A stretch of 64,000 nt of DNA from Eledone cirrhosa (Eukaryota): NCBI GenBank assembly GCA_964016885.1, contig OZ024740.1, positions 744,001-808,000 on the forward strand, given 5' to 3'. The first letter of the stretch is position 1. Each line of letters begins with the position of its first letter. Positions 1 to 13,227 of the stretch are shown here, piece after piece. Made by a program: the position numbers and the translations under genes. The notes under the pieces were generated by a model. It was not told where the DNA came from, did not search any database, and worked only from the letters and a program-made list of their open reading frames with translations.

Positions 1-961
1 GTTATATTATTATCTTTGAGGTCCCAGATGTGGCCCGAAAGTGTAGTGGCATGTCACCGGACCAGTTTTCGGAAAGTATGTCGGTGTTGGTAGAGCCGGG
101 TCTTGAAGTCACAAGCAGTTAATCCAATATAAGCTTTTTTGGAGGTGTCCGTCCTCACGTTGCACTGGTATATCACGTTACGTTCTCGGCATCTGTTGTT
201 GAGGGGGCACATAGATCTATCAGGGTAGTTACACCTCCTGGTCGGCTCTCCACTGATGTCTAGGTTGTTTCTTCCATAGGGGTTGAGTTTTTGTTGTTTG
301 AGGAGACGATGTTTTGTGCGAAGTTAGGTGTGGTGCTGTAGGAGAGTTTGATGGTGTTTTTGTTGATTATGTTGTGGTAGCGGTGTTGTAGTGGGAAGTG
401 TTTTTCGAGGAGCCTAAAGAAGATTTTCCCGATAGGTGTTGCCACCTCGGCATTGTGGGGAGGATTGAACCACGTTATGTTGCGTGAGCGGCGGTGTCGC
501 CTGCTGGTTCCGCTAAGGGAAGCTGGATAAAAGGATATTTCCTCCCAGAAGCCACTCCGCTTGAGGGCCTGGTTGTAATGAGGCACATGTTCGTCGAATA
601 TCTGCTCATTAGCGGACAAACGAGATATGCGGAGGGAGATGTTTTTAACCAAGTTATTGGTGATGTTTCTAGGATGGTTAGAGCGACAGTGGATGTAGTG
701 TAGGTTGTTGTTTGGTTTCCAGTATGGGTAGTACAGATCATTTTCGAGGTTAAGGGTAACGTCCAGGAAATTTACTCGGGTTAGGGACGTTTGTAGGGTG
801 ATTTTAAATCCCCAGTCCCAGAAGAAGCTGATTACTTGTTTACGGACCCGATCTGTACTACTGGGGTTGTACCCTTTGAGAATGAGGATCCCATCATCTC
901 GGTACAATCCACCGCTGAATGCAGGAAACATTTCGGTGAGTTTAAATAGTAGGAATAATCC
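1..961 (-). mobile_element. Inverted partial copy of the Naiad-type Penelope-like element (RT C-terminal half plus GIY-YIG start)
   Basis: Reverse complement of ~1450-2385. ORF 260..988 has LYRDDG and FLDVTL. Runs off the window start. Confidence 0.9.
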
Positions 962-3769
962 CCGACCGCACTGAACCCTTAGACCCACGGACTCCCTACT
1001 TCACACTGAAGGACAACAAATCCGACTTCGACCGCAAACCATTCATCAGGCTTATAAACCCAACGAAGTCGGACATAGGGAGAATCAGTAAAAAAAAAAT
1101 CCTAGATCGCGTTATACCAAAAGTTAAGCAAAACGCGAGACTTAGCCTATGGGTCAGGACCCAGGAAGTAATCTCATGGTTCAGCAATATGGAGGACAAA
1201 CGAGACACAAAATTCATCCAGTTTGAGATAGAGAGTTACTATGCATCTATTACCTTACCGCTCCTTACGGCCGCCTTGGACTTTGCCGAAACACTCACAC
1301 CCATCACTGAACAGGAAAGAAATATCATTCTCCACGCCAGGAAGACAGTCCTAATTTTCGACAACTTTAAGTGGATAAAGAGAACTCCCAACTCCTCCTT
1401 CGACGTCAGTATCGGCGCGACGGATTCGGCCGAGGTCACAGATCTTATAGGATTATTCATACTATTTAAACTCGCCGAAATGTTTCCTGCATTCGGCGGT
1501 GGATTGTACCGAGATGATGGGATCCTCACCCTCAAAGGGTACGACCCCAGTAGTACAGATCGGGTCCGTAAACAAGTAATCAGCTTCTTCTGGGACTGGG
1601 GATTTAAAATCACCCTACAAACGTCCCTAACCCGAGTAAATTTCCTGGACGTTACCCGTAACCTCGAAAATGATCTGTACTACCCATACTGGAAACCAAA
1701 CAACAACCTACACTACATCCACTGTCGCTCTAACCATCCTAGAAACATCACCAATAACTTGGTTAAAAACATCTCCCTCCGCATATCTCGTTTGTCCGCT
1801 AATGAGCAGATATTCGACGAACATGTGCCTCATTACAACCAGGCTCTCAGGCGGAGTGGCTTCCGGGAGGAAATATCCTTTTATCCAGCTTCCCTTAGCG
1901 GAACCAGCAGGCGACACCGCCGCTCACGCAACGTAACATGGTTCAATCCTCCACACAATGCCGAGGTGGCAACACCTATCGGGAAAATCTTCTTTAGGTT
2001 CCTCGAAAAGCACTTCCCACTACAACACCGCTACCACAACATAATCAACAAAAACACCATCAAACTCTCCTACAGCACCACACCTAACTTCGCACAAAAC
2101 ATCGTCTCCTCAAACAACAAAAAATTAAACCCTTATGGAAGAAATAACCTAGACATCAGTGGAGAGCTGACCAGGAGGTGTAACTGCCCTGATAGATCTA
2201 TGTGCCCCCTCAACAATAGATGCCGAGAACATAATGTGATCTACCAAAAAAGCTTATATAGGATTAACCGCTTGTGACTTCAAGACTCGGCTCTACCAAC
2301 ACCGACATACTTTCCGAAACCTGGTCCGGTGACATGCCACTACACTTTCGGGCCACATCTGGGACCTCAAAGATAATAATATAACCTACAATCTCACTTG
2401 GAGCTTACTGTCCAGAGCTAACTCTTACATGAGAGGACGCCGTCCGTGTAACTTATGCTTGGAGGAAACATTACAAATGCTGTTTTCGAAGGACCAACTT
2501 CTAAACAAGAAAGACGAACTGGTAACCGCACGCAAACACAGATTGCGTAGGACCTACTTCGCCCTCAAACCCCATAACGACCCGGGTGGGTAGACAAGGG
2601 CTGATACCCCCCCCCCCCCACTTGCCAAATAAGTAAGGGTAAATCCCAGCTTACATAGGTAGACGTACCTCTTTTCTTTTCCTCTACGTTTTCTCTCCCC
2701 CCCCCGTCTCGTCCTATCACTTCCTTCCACCCCCGATCTTCTTCTTCGTCTGTTTTTCCCCTTTCGCCTACCCCGATGCAGCTCATCGGTCCTCTGTAGC
2801 CTCAGTACCCCCACCCCTGTAATTTAAAGATAGAATTGGCCGATTACGCTTTACTTACCATTTATAGCAGATATGTTAGACCCCTGTAATTCTGTATCTT
2901 TTTTGTTACTACTCCAATTCTACAATTTCAAATTTCTTATTTAGTATTTTCTATTCTCAACTTATTAACCCGTAATTGTAAGATAGCATTGGCGAATTAC
3001 GCTTTACTAACTATTTATAGCAGCTGTGTTAGACCCCTGAAAAGTTTGCATTATATTTTTCACTACCCACTTCTACAATTTCTTATTTAGTATTTTCCAT
3101 TCTCAACTTATTAAACTTTTCTATAGCTTTGCCATACAACCTACACCTACTAATTATAGCAGCTGTTTCTAGACTTTACTGTTTTTGTTTTTTTATTCAT
3201 TTCTCACTATCTAATTTTTTATATATATTTTTTTTCATTGTCTCCTACTCTCATTTGACTTACCTATTCTTTAAACTCCCCTCCCCCTTTTTCTCCAGAA
3301 CAATTTTTCGACTTTTCATACACTATCCTTAGAATCTGCTGTATAGATTTCACTTTCAACGCCTGACTGGCTTTACTCCCTCCCTCATTGTTCTACAGGC
3401 AAGTTCAGCCAGCCCTGCCTCCCACCAAATGCCATGATAGATTTATTTGTGTTTACAACAAATTTTGACCAATCCTCTTGACAACTACAATCTTCCCATA
3501 TAAGGAACTACCCCTTGACAAGTTCGGCTATTTATTTACCAGGCTAAAAATTCTAATTCAGTCCAGAAATAACCGTCGAAACAGCTTGAGCTCTGCCGTC
3601 GGGGTCATACTTTTTCCTATTACCCACTCTACTACCCTAAGTATTGAGTACTCTGGTGCGTTATGGTCCATCTGGTTCCTTACCACAATTCCCTCATTAT
3701 ATATATATATATATATGTTATTAAATATATTATGATGCAACACTGAATCCTTGTTCCTTATCCTTATAG

Positions 3770-3770
<1 letters not shown>
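962..3770 (+). mobile_element. Penelope-like retroelement, Naiad-type (RT + CxCx5Cx5C linker + GIY-YIG), 5'-truncated and disrupted
   Basis: TLKDNK..RLINPTKSDIGRISK, LYRDDG, CNCPDRSMCPLNNRC, VIYQ..AYIGLT, CNLCLEE, LLNKKDEL; stop near 2594. Frameshift in the A-run at ~1095 and a ~25-nt deletion at ~2245. The 3' boundary at (TA)n is inferred. Confidence 0.85.
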
Positions 3771-3811
<41 letters not shown>

Positions 3812-3906
3812 GTAATAATAATAAATTTGAAGACTAAAATCTAAAGAGGGCTCATATAAGGATAAATATATATCAAATATATAAGAACTGTAGAGCAAAT
3901 ATTTAT

Positions 3907-3999
3907 TAAAATAACAGATTAAAGTTTAAGCAAAGAATCGCTGCTTTCACCCTTAACAGGATCTTCTGAAGATCCCGTTAAGGGTGAAAGCAACAATTC
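3907..3999. repeat. Palindrome centred at 3967, right arm continues at 5961-5992
   Basis: GCTTTCACCCTTAACAGGATCTTC-T-GAAGATCCCGTTAAGGGTGAAAGC. A single-arm copy lies at ~44875-44937. Confidence 0.85.
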
Positions 4000-5964
4000 A
4001 TCATCATCATCATCATCACCGTTTTACGTCCGTTCTTCCATGCTAGCGTGGGTTAGACAGGTTGTCCTGTTGTAGGCAGTGTCTGGTCGGCTGACCATGC
4101 CTTGCTCATACAGGGACTGATTTTGGCTTGATTTCTACAGCTGGATGCCCTTCCTAACACCAACCTCATTTACAGTGTGGGCTGGGTGCTTTTTTGCTGT
4201 GGCACCTCCATGACCACCTTGCAGTGGGAGAGTGTGGGGGCATATTGTCTATATGCTTCAGCTTGTACCCATGGGAGGTCGGGTACTCTGTATTACTGCG
4301 TGACGCCAGAGGTCACGGTCGTGTGTCATCGCCTTTGAGAGGTGTAAATGGGTATGGTCGGCTTTTATCACCTCATCCCAGGTCTTCTTGGGTCTCCCCA
4401 CTCCGCGGTTTCCATTGACTTCTAGTGCTCTGCACCTTTTTATGCAGCTGTCATCCTTCATACGCATCACATGTCCATACCAACACAACCGCCTCTCCTG
4501 CACACAGCATTTGATTCCCCTTATGCTCAGTCTCTCTCTCAATTCATTTATGCTTTGTCGTTCGCGTATATTACTATTACACATCCATCGGAGCATGTAG
4601 GCTTCTTTTCTTTCTAATCTACGTAAGTCTTCCACCTTCAGCGTCCAGGTCTCACTACCATGTAACATTGCTGTTCGGATACACGCATCATACAGTCTGC
4701 CTTTCATTTTGAGGGAGAAGCCTTTTGAAGCTAGCAGTGGCAGTAGTTCCTTGAACTTCTTCCATCCCGTTCTTACCCTTGTTAGTGTACTTTCTGAACA
4801 CCCACCACCGCTGCTAATTCGATCACCTAGGTAGCAGAAGCTGTCTACTGTTTCTACAGAGCCCTCCCAGAGATTGGAGGTACTTGTTTCCTGTGGCTGT
4901 TTGCTGCTTGCTGTCTCAGCACAGCTGCTGCATGTGAAGCCTACATTCTTAATTAAGCTTCCTGAGATCCCGCTACATCTCTTGTGTACCCATTGTTTGC
5001 ATTTGGGGCAGAGAATGGAGTTCCTACCTACACTTTTCCTACATACTGAGCAAGGCCATTTCCCTGAGGGGATCTGGGTTCTGTTTTCTCGTCTACTTAC
5101 AAGGACCTTAATCTTTGTCATGTTGACTTTGAGACCCTTTCTTTCTAGTCCCTGTTTCCAAGTTTGGAATTTCTTCTCTAGTTCTACCATAGATTCAGCT
5201 ATAAGTGCGAGGTCATCAGCATACACGAGTTCCTATGGGCATCCTGTCTTAAACTCCTCCGTTATTGCCTGCAGGACTATGATGAACAGGAGAGGGCTAA
5301 GAACAGAGCCCTGGTGGACACCAACCTGTATGCTAAATTCCTCGCTATACTCATTGCTAAACCTAACTTTGCTGACTGCTCCCCTATACATGGCTTGTAC
5401 AGCTTTCACAAGCCATTCATCTACTCCTAGTTTTCTAAGAGCCCACCAGATTACAGCACGTGGAACTCTGTCAAAGGCTTTCTCAAGATCGACGAATGCC
5501 AGGTAGAGTGGCTTACTTTTAGCTAGGTACTTTTCCTGTAACTGCCTCACAAGGAAGAGGGCATCAGTGGTGCCTCTTCCTGGTACAAACCCAAATTGCA
5601 TCTCATCTAGTTTCACCCGGTCCCTAATCAACTGTGCTATAACTCTTTCTGTTACTTTCATGACCTGGTCCATCAGCTTTATACCTCTATAGTTTCCTCT
5701 ATCTAGTGCATCACCTTTACCTTTGTAGCAGTTGACAATGATGCTACTGCACCAATCTTCTGGTATGACACCTTCTAGTATTACCAGGTTAACAATACGT
5801 GTGGTTATAGTGTGACCTACAGACCCAGATGCTTTCAGCACTCGGCAGCTATACCCGATGGACCGGTTGCCTTCCCCATCTTCATATCTTTGATTGCCTT
5901 ACTTACTACGCTGCTACTGACTTGTACTGCTGGCCCCTCTATAGGGTCTACTTGGGGTAGATTC
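4000..5964 (-). mobile_element. RTE-clade LINE, 5'-truncated
   Basis: ORFs 5233..5841 and 4258..5226 (FVDLEKAFD, GVHQGSVLSP, YADD) split by a stop; (GAT)n tail. Confidence 0.92.
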
Positions 5965-5985
5965 TTTGCTTAAACTTTAATCTGT

Positions 5986-6054
<69 letters not shown>

Positions 6055-6056
<2 letters not shown>

Positions 6057-6800
6057 CTGTATATAGCTATGGTGCGGCCACACTTAGAATTTGCATCACC
6101 AGTCTGGAACCCCTATCTTGCTCAGAACATTGACCACCTGGAAACTGTTCAGAGACATGCAACCAAGCGAATACCCTCCATCAGGCATCTATCATACTCT
6201 GAATGCCTTGCTTCCCTGGGCATGGATACATTGAAGCTCCAACGTCTGGCGCAACTGACTTCGTAAACACACACAAAATTATTAACCATCTTGCCAACAA
6301 CAACACTGAGTACCTTTTTGATTTCTATGTGTCTAACACCCATGTGCATGCCTACAAAGTCAGAAAACAGCACAGCTCCCATGACTTTCGGAAACATTTT
6401 TTCATGGTCAGAGTTGCTGAAGCATGTTACAAACTACCTGCATCAGTTATTAGCTGTCGAGACACTGCATCCTTTAAAACCACCATGGAACAAACTACTT
6501 GCATCAGTTGTTAGCTGTCGAGACACTGCATCCTTTAAAACCACCATGGAACAAACTACCTGCATCAGTTATTAGCAGTTGAGACACTGCATCCTTTAAA
6601 TCTTCCATGCTTCCTGAGATTCACCAACACTACACCTAATATTCCCCCTCCATACACACGCACATATGTATATCATGACTCACACTATTCACTTCCCTGA
6701 CATTTGAATATTATTCTATGTACTATACATGCACCTTTGACGAGCTGTAGTGCACCTGAGCACTGTACACAATAATTTCATTATTTCATTATTATTATTA
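6055..6800 (+). mobile_element. CR1-like LINE 3' fragment
   Basis: VRPHLEFASPVWNPYL..LETVQRHATKRIP; (ATT)n tail; internal ~60-bp triplication. Confidence 0.8.
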
Positions 6801-7473
6801 TTCATTATTATATATATAAAGTACCAGTAATGCACTCGATAAAATAAAGTACCAGTAATGCACTGGGTGATTGCTGGTCTTGTGCCAAAAAGTAGAAACA
6901 ATTATTATATATATATATATATTTGCTGCACGCGTACTTATTTTTTAACACAATTGGATTTTGTACTCATGCTTGTTTGAGAAATATTTGAAGGAAGTAT
7001 GATACATAACCTTATCAACAGTTTATCATAATAAATTACGGTATTTCAAAGTTTTTTAACATCTCCACTTTTTCCAGTTTTTATATTTAAAAAAGAAATT
7101 CTTTATATATATCATCATCATCATCATCATCGTTTAACGTCCATCTTCCACGCTAGCATGGGTTAGACGGTTTTGTTCCCTTTGATGCGGGAATGATTGG
7201 GAGACCATGTCTTGCTCGCACAGAAGCGTCTCTGGCAGGTTTTTTCTAACACCAACCACATAATTCGATTTAAGAAAGCTAGACTGCTACCACAGTGTTC
7301 ATAACTCCAGTAGCATATCAAAAACAAAAGCACCACAACTTTGCACCTGTCTGAAGAGAACATGTCAAAGGGTTATTTTGCCATCTTCAAAATACGTATA
7401 ACAGGATTATATAATAAGCAGAGGATGTAGATTTAAAACCGTCTCTCTTCTTTATAATATATATATATATATA

Positions 7474-8792
7474 TAGTGTACGATAAACACGAAATGTGTT
7501 TACATTGCAACAGACAAAGTTAGCTATTAATGAAATAAACTAATAAAAGTGAATACAATTTGTCTGTCTCGATATAAGTCAATAAAGACAATATTATATT
7601 GGCAACTGCCATGATTCCTGGACATATTTAAATTTCAAAATTCAAACCTGTTCTGTAGACGAATTTGAACCTCGAAACCCAAACAAGTTTCGCAACGGTG
7701 GAATGTGAATTGAAAAATAAAGAGAATCGAAATGGAATAGAAATAAAAGAGTGAGATACCCAAATCTTCTGTGCTTATCAACAGGAATCCAGTAAGATTA
7801 GTCTATATCACATCAAAAATTTTTCAGGACTGACTACACGTGGGTAGGCAGGCCAAAACTAGCTATCCCACATTCACGGTGCTAGAAATAACAGCCGCTT
7901 ATGCAGGATTAAGGATCAGCTCTTACAATAAAGGAGCAATACATTATATTATATTTTGAGAATAAACTCTCAGTCGTTTACAATAATTAAGCTCGAGGAA
8001 GGGGCTCTTCCGAGCAGTCAATAGTGTACGATAAACACGAAATGTGTTTACATTGCAACAGACAAAGTTAGCTATTAATGAAATAAACTAATAAAAGTGA
8101 ATACAATTTGTCTGCCTCGATATAAGTCAATAAAGACAATATTATATTGGCAACTGCCATGATTCCTGGACATATTTAAATTTCAAAATTCAAACCTGTT
8201 CTGTAGACGAATTTGAACCTCGAAACCCAAACAAGTTTCGCAACGGTGGAATGTGAATTGAAAAATAAAGAGAATCGATCCTTAATCCTGCATAAGCGGC
8301 TGTTATTTCTAGCACCGTGAATGTGGGATAGCTAGTTTTGGCCTGCCTACCCACGTGTAGTCAGTCCTGAAAAATTTTTGATGTGATATAGACTAATCTT
8401 ACTGGATTCCTGTTGATAAGCACAGAAGATTTGGGTATCTCACTCTTTTATTTCTATTCCATTTCGATTCTCTTTATTTTTCAATTCACATTCCACCGTT
8501 GCGAAACTTGTTTGGGTTTCGAGGTTCAAATTCGTCTACAGAACAGGTTTGAATTTTGAAATTTAAATATGTCCAGGAATCATGGCAGTTGCCAATATAA
8601 TATTGTCTTTATTGACTTATATCGAGACAGACAAATTGTATTCACTTTTATTAGTTTATTTCATTAATAGCTAACTTTGTCTGTTGCAATGTAAACACAT
8701 TTCGTGTTTATCGTACACTATTGACTGCTCGGAAGAGCCCCTTCCTCGAGCTTAATTATTGTAAACGACTGAGAGTTTATTCTCAAAATATA

Positions 8793-8799
<7 letters not shown>
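7474..8799. repeat. ~547-bp unit in partial tandem plus inverted arrangement, flanked by (TA)n
   Basis: 7474-7730 recurs at 8021-8277. 8276-8721 is the reverse complement of 7474-7917, and 8721-8799 of 7943-8021. Confidence 0.9.
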
Positions 8800-8833
<34 letters not shown>

Positions 8834-9136
8834 TCATCATCATCATTTTACATCCACTTTACATCCAGTCCTAAATAAATGAGGTCGTGTAGGTGTCACA
8901 ACAAAAAACACACAGTCCACGCTGTAATGTGGTCGTGTAGGTAACACGGTAAAAACCTCCCAGTCCACCCTGTAAACATGGTTGGTGTTAGGAAGGGCAT
9001 CCAGCCATAGAAAACCCGCCAGACAGTCCTATACGAGCAAGACAACCAATCTTGCCTCAAGTAGGACAATTCCCGTCCAAACCCATGCTAGCATGGAAGA
9101 TGGACGTTAAACGATGGTGATGATGATGATGATGAT

Positions 9137-10250
9137 GTTCCCTGCTTGCAAGGGTAGGACAGGTCATATTCAGCACAGCATCTCTCCACTTGTCATGGTC
9201 CTTCGTCATCTCCTCCATGAGCCTCAGCGATCTGTGGTCTGCTCTCACCACCTCCGTCCATGTTTTTCGTGGTCTTCCTCTACTGCATCTTCCTTCCTTC
9301 TACTGGGATTTCTTTACCCAGAGGTCATCCTCCATGCAAATCACATGCCCATACCATTGCAGTCTTCTCTTCTGCACACTATAACTTATCGCTCTTATAC
9401 ACAGTTTCTCACTCAACTCACCCATGCTCAGTCGTTCAAGTACATTGACAGTGCACATCCAACGGAGCATGCTTGCTTCATTTCTCTTCAACCATCACAT
9501 ATCCTCTGCAGTTGCTGCCCATGTCTCACTACCATGCAGCATCGCGCATCTCACATAGGCATCATATAACCGGCCTTTCATTCATAGGCAGAAACCCTTC
9601 TTTGTCAAACTTCTTCCAACCCGCCCTTATTCTAGATACTAGAATAAGGACAGGTTGGAAGCACCCTCCTCCCTTGCTAATCTGATCACCTAGGTACCAG
9701 ACGCTATCCACCACTTCTATAACATCCGCCTGCATTTGAAAAATGTGTCTATCAATGCGACTTCTGCTGTCAAATTTCCCTGTACATCTACTGCATACGT
9801 AGTTTTCACTAACTGTTAGTTTGCCTGCTACCCCACTACATCTCTTGTGTACCCAAGATCTGCATTGTGTACATTTCATAGAATTTATGCCAGTTCCTTT
9901 TCTACATATCAAACATGGCCATTTCCCTGATGGAATCAACAACACTTTTGTCTTAGTTAGGTTCACTTTCAGTCCTCTTGATTCCAACTGCTGTTTCCAT
10001 AGCCAGAATTTATTCTCTAGCTCCTCTACTGATTCTGCTATAAGTACCAGATCGTCAGCATAGAGAAGTTCCCATGGGCAGCCAGTCTTAAACTTCTCTG
10101 TTATGGCTTGGAGGACTATAATGAACAAGAGTGGGCTGAGGACCGAACCCTGATGTACACCTACTTGTATCTGGAATTCCTCACTAAACTCCGTTCCTAC
10201 TCTCACTTTACTGACAGCACCCCTGTACATAGCGTGCACTGTCCTCCTCA
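9137..10250 (-). mobile_element. RTE LINE fragment, tail-to-tail with a + strand RTE 3' UTR (8870-9136)
   Basis: ORF 9562..10251 with GVHQGSVLSP and LYADD. Confidence 0.9.
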
Positions 10251-10482
10251 CATATATATATATATATAGGGAATGTAACGTCCAGTTACCGTAGGTTACA
10301 GATCAAACCTTGAGCTGATCAATAGTGAAACATGCATCACTACTCAATAACCATAATGAAGACATAACAAATCATCCTTATTATTATTGATATATATATA
10401 TATATATATTGAAGATATTATATGGTTGTGGACTTAGCAAGTCATAGTGAAAACAATCCATCTAGGAAAGCAGTATAATAAT

Positions 10483-10663
10483 TGTTTCTACTTTTGGCAC
10501 AAGGCCAGCAATTACCCAGTACATTACAGGTACTTTATTTTATCGACCCCATAAGGATGAAAGGCAAAGTCAACCTCGGCGGGATTTGAACTCAGATCGT
10601 AAAGGGACATAACTATTCTAGAAAGCATGGCATCCGACCCTCCACCGATACTGCCAATCCACC
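10483..10663 (-). mobile_element. tRNA-derived SINE with 16-bp target-site duplication
   Basis: A/B boxes (TGGCAGTATCGG, GAGTTCAAATCC); core GCCTTTCATCCTTATGGGGTCGATAAAATAAAGTACC; TSD AAAGCAGTATAATAAT at 10467 and 10664. Confidence 0.85.
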
Positions 10664-11314
10664 AAAGCAGTATAATAATGGAAATGATATATATTCACAT
10701 TGCCCCAGTTTACTCAGCAGCAAAAATGAGATGATAGGACTGGGGTCCCTATCATTCTACTGCAAAGTGGTCATGGAGGTGCCACGGAAAAAAAGCACCC
10801 AGCACTCACTGTAAATGAGGTTGGTGTTAGGAAAGGCATCCAGCTGTAGAAATCAAGCCAGAATCAGTTCCCGTATGAGCAAGACAAGGTCAGCCGACTA
10901 GACACTGCCCACAACAGGACAACCCGTCTAACCCATGCTAGCGTGGAAGAATGGACGTAAAACGGTGATGATGATAGACTCTTTGTAAACTGTAGTGAAG
11001 GCAACCCATCAATGAACATAGTTACTCTGAATAAAAACTGATATAGTGTTGCAAAGATACTTATGTTCTGACAGGCAACTCTCTAGTGCTGGTGGTATGA
11101 TAGAATACATCCAGTCCACACTGTAAAGTTGTTGCTGATAAGAAGAACATCCAATCTGAAAAACTATGCTAAAACTATGAAATATATATATATAACATAG
11201 CGGTAAAAGAATGATAGTCACAGAAACACATAATTATGTATACATGTAAAATGTTCAAAAATGTTTGAATTTCCAAGGTTGTCAGCCCTAAAATTTACTT
11301 CCATTATTTTAATA

Positions 11315-11500
11315 GGTGGATTGGCAGTATCGGTAGAGAGTCGGACACCATGCTTTGAAGCATAAAGTTACGTCCCTTTATGATCTGAGTTCAAATCCCA
11401 CCGAGGTTAACTTTGCCTTTCATCCTTACGGGGTCGATAAAATAAAGTACCAGTAATGTACTGGGTATTTGCTGGCCTTGTGCCAAAAATAGAAACAATT
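11315..11500 (+). mobile_element. tRNA-derived SINE, same family
   Basis: Same head and core; TSD-like ATTATTTTAATA. Further copies at ~11900, 42575, 43800, 49875, 53735, 54790(-), 58063, 59550. Confidence 0.85.
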
Positions 11501-12611
11501 ATTTTAATATATTTTATTATTTAAATACCCAGTGTAAAACCTTCCTAGACTGTAATCCTATAAGAGAGAACCAAGTTTGTTCAGGTGTTGTTTGAATAAC
11601 ATGGTGCATTCTTTGTCTTCTTTCTCATAAATTACATTGAATTATTTGCTTTTGAAATGTGTGAAATTTGTTTTAAGTCATTCCCTTTCTCTACCAGTAT
11701 GTTGTTTTCTTTCATAGCCATTATTTCTCTATCCCCCCCCCCCCCACCTTTCTCTTGACTCAGTGTTATTCATAAATCTTTAGTGTATAACATTCAAACA
11801 TCTTTGAATAAATAACAGAAACATATTTCCAAGAGGTAACAGGAATGTCATCAGTAAATAATTGTCTTGAAACAATTGTATTTTAAGAGTCTTATAGTTA
11901 CAGTGAATTGGCAAAGTTGTTTGAATGTCAGATAGAATACTTTACAATATTCATTCTGACTCACTGCTTTCTGAGTTCAAATCCTGCTGAGGTGAATTTT
12001 GCCTTTCATCCATTCAAGGTCGATATAAAAAGTACCAATCTAATACTGGGGTTAATTCTTCCTCGATATCACTTTCTCACTTCTTCTCACTTTCTATCTT
12101 TCTGTGGAAGAAATCTAACGTATTCAGACCTGGAGATGGGCTCCCCCAGGTTTAAAGAATGTCCTAGAAACACTTGGTCAATGCAGCACCCCTCCAGTAC
12201 CTTCACGATTTACACGACCATCCATGCATAGTTACAGTTATTACATTATTTACATAAAGTTAGCAGCTGTGTGTGATGATGATAAGGTGTTCTTCTCCCA
12301 CATTGTTTTTGTTGTATATTTATGTCACCTGGATAAATTACTCACTCATGTCTCTAATCAGCCAGCTTCAGTAGGTCAATAATTATGTGAAGAAGATCAG
12401 GTATTTATAACCATTTGCTTGTCTCATTTCCTGGTGAAGATGAAGTCTTTTTGTCTTGTATGCCTCTCCCCCACCCTCATTCGTAGGTAATCAGATGGTT
12501 GGCTGGTTTATTGAAATTTGTGTTACAGATTATTAAGTCAAGAGCATCACAGAACTCCAGCCTAGTTCATTCCTCATTTCTTGTGCCATATCTATAGCCT
12601 CCATGTATGCC

Positions 12612-12730
12612 AGGGAAGGCACGTGGCTTAGTGGTTAGAGAGTTGGATTTGCAATCGTGAGGTTGCAAGTTCAATTCTCAGACTTGGTGATGCATTGTGT
12701 TCTTGACACTTTATTTCATGTTGCTCCTTC
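12612..12730 (+). mobile_element. Second tRNA-derived SINE family, head
   Basis: TGGCTTAGTGGTTAG and AGTTCAATTC boxes followed by CACTTTATTTCATGTTGCTCC. Relatives at ~18690, 43110, 50110(-), 50885(-). Confidence 0.7.
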
Positions 12731-12977
12731 TGCCAGGAGTTGCAGCCTGTAGATAGTTATCAGCAACGGAAAGACCAATGGAAACATTGTTTTCTTGGTC
12801 CAATTTGACAAGGTCCACCCCACTGGGCAAGCGAATAAGGTCTGGGATCCTATCAATCAATCAGAGCAATATCATGGGAACCTGTCCTGTTTCCCAACAT
12901 GCCCATTGAAGTCACCAGTTGTGAACATCTGTCATCTGTCATTGTAATAATCTGTAATTATTCAATCTTTTTTTCAG

Positions 12978-13227
12978 TTTCCATGCAAACATGTTAAATA
13001 AATTGACCAAAAGGGAAATAAAACTTCATCTCCCAGTTGACAAAGAAACTCTAATCCTAAACTTGACTCTAAACATGTCAGTTCTTCACCCTGATTCGGT
13101 TGTTAGCATTGCCAATAGTTACAAAGAAGAAATGGTGGATATCAAAGATTTGAAATCTTGTTATCTCGTTGGAAATATCATCTCACATGGAGGCACAGCT
13201 ACTTTCTCATATTGTGGGGAAATACTA
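12978..13227 (+). CDS. ADAMTS exon A (prodomain)
   Basis: ttttcag|; ..SCYLVGNIISHGGTATFSYCGEIL; |gtaagt, phase 0. Confidence 0.85.

Noticed and set aside
10313-10347. CTGATCA..GAAACATGCATC hammerhead-like string
   Set aside because: G8 is missing and there is no stem II.
11315-12730. tRNA-like A/B boxes
   Set aside because: They are SINE heads with family bodies and TSDs, with no complete cloverleaf.
1-12977. Signal-peptide or first exon and promoter of the ADAMTS gene
   Set aside because: No candidate could be supported; it may be small or outside the window.
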